A stretch of DNA of 37,587 nt, taken from assembly GCA_029563245.1 (NCBI GenBank), contig JAKQSG010000059.1, forward strand, positions 1-37,587, written 5' to 3'. The notes under the pieces are model-generated. The model ran no database searches. It was not told where the DNA came from and saw nothing but the letters and a program-made list of their open reading frames with translations. This stretch comes from Candidatus Omnitrophota bacterium. GTDB lineage: Bacteria > Omnitrophota > Gorgyraeia > Gygaellales > Profunditerraquicolaceae. This document shows positions 35,490-37,587 of this stretch, in pieces (position 1 is the first letter of the stretch; each line of letters begins with the position of its first letter). Both the position numbers and the translations under genes were made by a program.

Positions 35490-37319
35490 TTATTTTTCCC
35501 CGCCGAAGCGCATTATATCTTTAAAAGAATTAAATAGGCCTTTATCAAAGTCGATTACCTTAGGAATTTCTACTCCTGCCATTTTGGCGACTTCTTCGAT
35601 AAAATTGCCTTTAATGTCTTCGTACATGTGTTCTTCTATTATCCAGCGTTGGTATAGGGCATCGATCTTGTTTTTAAGCTTAGGATGTTCTTTTTTTGCT
35701 ACATTAATAAAGCCTTCTTCCGGAGCGAAGGAGAACTTATACGTGTTATAGTAAGACCGGGCTGTTTTTAAAAAATCAGCTTCTCCTAAGAGTTGGCTTA
35801 ACTCGTCATAAAAATAAGCCCCCTTGGAATAGATTATCACGGCGTATTGCATGGTATCGGTGAATTCTGAGGAAGGCCGGTTAACTCCTTTATCGGATGT
35901 CCCCGCAAATTTCGCTAGCAGGATAGGCAACCTAAGGTTATAAAGTTTTTGTTCTTCAAATTTCGCCTTTCCGTATATCTTGTCAAAATAGATCAAAGAA
36001 AAATAATTAGTTAGTGATTCGTCAACCCAGGCGCTATTGATAGAGTCGCTTCCCACTACCGCATTCCACCATTGATGTCCGGCTTCATGCGCTACAATAA
36101 ACTCAAGGGTGTTTTGTAGCATGGGGCGTAAGCTCTCCTCCAGTTCCTTATTATTATTGCCAAAAAGAAGCGCCATAGGTCCCAAATTAATTTTAGGGTT
36201 ATTGTAATAAGAGGAGATGGTAATAAAAGCCGGAAATTCCATCCCTCCTGCGCCTCCTGTAAGATATGTCTCAACTACCTTAAGCTCAGTGAAGGGGTAC
36301 TCACCGAGTAAGCTTCCATAGAGCCTTAAGGCCTTAGCAGCGTAAGCGAGGACATTTTTGCCGAAATCTCCGTGGCCCTTTAAGAAATAAGATTCAATAA
36401 TAGTCTCTCCCACCTTTTCTTTGATGACCTGAAAATGTTTGCTTAGCTGAAAAGCGCATTCACGCATGCCGATGCCGATATAAGTCGATGTCTTTTTCCC
36501 CTTTGCTCCGGAGGTCTTTTCACCGGTTTTTACCCCTGCGCCGGCTATTACAGTATCATTATCCGCTGTAAAATTTATTTTAAAAATTCCTTCCTCAAAG
36601 TTTTGGATATCTCCGTTTCGCGCAGGAGGCGTACGCGACCACTCTCCGTTTCTATAAGGGGTTAGCATAGGAAACCAGTGCCCCAGGCTTATTATCTCCT
36701 TGTAATACCCAAATACGCCGTAATCAACAAATCCGGCAACGCTACTTGAAGTAGGGTCAAGGGAGTTAAATAGATTGTCTGAGGGCGGGATTATCTCTTG
36801 CAGCAGTTCGGAGAACTCCATATAAAGATTGATACTTTCATTCTGCTTTAGGGGTTGCGGGAGCTCTATCTCTAGCAGGGTACCTAAAAGTTCATAGTTT
36901 GCAGTAGTGCCGTTTATCTCGACTTTATTGAACCGGACGTTATCCTTGCGCATTATAAACATCGGGCTGTTGGGGTAAATGCGTAAATATAGAAAACTTG
37001 TAGGTTCTGGCTGGGTATTGGTGTAGACGATCAATTCTTTAATTTTAATACGATAGAGTACTTCGTCTATAACAGCGTCTACCAAATATACCGGGGAGTC
37101 TTTAAATTTGGTTATATATTTTTTGGCTGAGCTATTGAAAACACCGGAGGAATACAGGCTTGGGCTGGAAACTGTATTATGGATAATGGAACGGTTTTGG
37201 TCGGGAGTATTCATTCTTGCTGATTCTATGGTAAGCTTATCAAGAATACCGTTTTCGCCAAAGGAAAGTTGCAAGGCTAAGCATAGAAAACAAACTAACA
37301 AGATTATCTTTTTCTGCAT
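35490..37319 (-). CDS. Secreted M1-family zinc metallopeptidase (aminopeptidase N-like)
   Basis: HEAGHQWW (HExxH) followed by WVDESLTNY. The signal peptide MQKKIILLVCFLCLALQLSFG starts at ATG 37319. The longer track ORF (to 37418) would run into the tRNA gene. Confidence 0.85.
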   Translation of the reverse strand: MQKKIILLVCFLCLALQLSFGENGILDKLTIESARMNTPDQNRSIIHNTVSSPSLYSSGVFNSSAKKYITKFKDSPVYLVDAVIDEVLYRIKIKELIVYTNTQPEPTSFLYLRIYPNSPMFIMRKDNVRFNKVEINGTTANYELLGTLLEIELPQPLKQNESINLYMEFSELLQEIIPPSDNLFNSLDPTSSSVAGFVDYGVFGYYKEIISLGHWFPMLTPYRNGEWSRTPPARNGDIQNFEEGIFKINFTADNDTVIAGAGVKTGEKTSGAKGKKTSTYIGIGMRECAFQLSKHFQVIKEKVGETIIESYFLKGHGDFGKNVLAYAAKALRLYGSLLGEYPFTELKVVETYLTGGAGGMEFPAFITISSYYNNPKINLGPMALLFGNNNKELEESLRPMLQNTLEFIVAHEAGHQWWNAVVGSDSINSAWVDESLTNYFSLIYFDKIYGKAKFEEQKLYNLRLPILLAKFAGTSDKGVNRPSSEFTDTMQYAVIIYSKGAYFYDELSQLLGEADFLKTARSYYNTYKFSFAPEEGFINVAKKEHPKLKNKIDALYQRWIIEEHMYEDIKGNFIEEVAKMAGVEIPKVIDFDKGLFNSFKDIMRFGGEK

Positions 37320-37341
37320 ATTAAAAGAGGCAACAAAATAG

Positions 37342-37424
37342 TGCCGAAGGAGGGAGTTGAACCCACATGAGCTTGCGCTCAACAGCTTTTGAGGCTGCCG
37401 CGTATGCCATTTCGCCACTTCGGC
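37342..37424 (-). tRNA. tRNA-Leu (anticodon CAA), class II with long variable arm
   Basis: The reverse complement folds as a cloverleaf. Acceptor GCCGAAG/CTTCGGC+A; anticodon stem GCAGC/GCTGT with loop CTCAAAA; variable hairpin GAGC-GCAA-GCTC; T-loop TTCAACT (one U-U mismatch in the T-stem). The 5' half closely resembles E. coli leuX as recalled. No encoded CCA. Confidence 0.88.
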
Positions 37425-37439
37425 AATAGATATACGGAG

Positions 37440-37587
37440 AGTAATTGTGGTCCTTACTGGATAAGGTTAGAACCTGTATCCAGCAGAACCTTTAATCTAT
37501 ATCAATAGGCACCGCCGCTTGGGCGGCTCCCGTATCTCCCGTGTATCGTTCGGCTTTGCTGGGGCAAAGCCTCACTTGGCGCCCCGC
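37440..37587. ncRNA. GC-rich structured region, possible ncRNA truncated by the window end (identity and strand unresolved; weak RNase P RNA 3'-region resemblance on minus strand)
   Basis: Three clean hairpins were read directly: 37457-37483 (7-bp outer stem), 37512-37526 (CCGCC/GGCGG) and 37552-37571 (8-bp GGCTTTGC/GCAAAGCC with a tetraloop). The region is much more GC-rich than its surroundings, and no ORF of 60 aa or more is present. Confidence 0.3.

Noticed and set aside
37320-37418. N-terminal extension of the M1 peptidase ORF (MAKWHTRQPQ...).
   Set aside because: The extension is the antisense-free read-through of the tRNA-Leu gene on the same strand. A clean signal peptide begins at the internal ATG (37319).
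37457-37495. TPP-riboswitch-like string (GAACCTG..ATCCAG) on the plus strand.
   Set aside because: The order of elements is wrong relative to the THI-box (CUGAGA and ACCUGAUCUGGAUAAUGCCAGCG are not present).
37440-37587. Confident annotation as rnpB (RNase P RNA, 3' portion, minus strand).
   Set aside because: Only loose collinear similarity to conserved blocks was found. The near-invariant P4 3' strand (ACAGAACCCGGCUUA) reads ACAGGTTCTAACCTTA here. The GCAAAGCC block forms a perfect local hairpin, which the RNase P fold does not predict. It is kept only as a low-confidence unresolved structured element.
37497-37587. Open minus-strand frame running to the window edge (…AGRQVRLCPSKAERYTGDTGAAQAAVPIDID*) as the 3' end of a CDS.
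   Set aside because: It is only about 30 codons with no recognisable motif. The GC content is far above that of the coding regions here, and perfect hairpins suggest RNA structure. A CDS cannot be fully excluded without the flanking sequence.
1-37587. CRISPR arrays, insertion sequences, prophage or integrative elements (including at tRNA-Leu), toxin-antitoxin or defence-system genes.
   Set aside because: No spaced direct-repeat arrays, transposase/integrase/recombinase-like ORFs, terminal inverted repeats or duplicated tRNA 3' halves were seen in the sequence or the ORF track.

Overview
The window is a gene-dense, moderately AT-rich bacterial chromosomal segment. TolC-, RND-, AsmA-like and lipoprotein genes suggest a diderm, possibly an uncultivated lineage. 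No transposase, integrase, CRISPR array or phage genes were seen. Genes from about 4.6 to 35.5 kb form one almost uninterrupted plus-strand array with many 1-14 nt start/stop overlaps.

Main contents, in order:
- Housekeeping genes: mnmE 3' end, folE, yifB/comM-like, accA, purU, rlmN and plsC.
- A MarR-linked TolC/MFP/RND efflux operon. Its outer-membrane gene is split by a frameshift at a G5 run.
- A non-canonical type II polyketide-synthase-like cluster at about 13.5-22.9 kb, described below.
- A four-gene module at 24.85-29.0 kb: nucleoside phosphorylase, MtnA-like isomerase, a class II aldolase fused to an SCP2 domain, and aldehyde dehydrogenase. It looks like a DHAP-shunt-type salvage route for 5'-deoxyadenosine or MTA.
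- An M1 metallopeptidase, tRNA-Leu(CAA), and a GC-rich structured region truncated by the window end.

The PKS-like cluster is the most interesting part. It encodes a ketopantoate-reductase-like enzyme, a tandem TIGR04076-like protein, KS-alpha, a catalytically dead KS-beta, a B12-binding radical SAM enzyme, an ACP, a PF04199-type cyclase, a TcmN-like ARO/CYC, an MFS transporter and an SDR ketoreductase.

All family assignments come from motifs read in the supplied translations. No database search was run.
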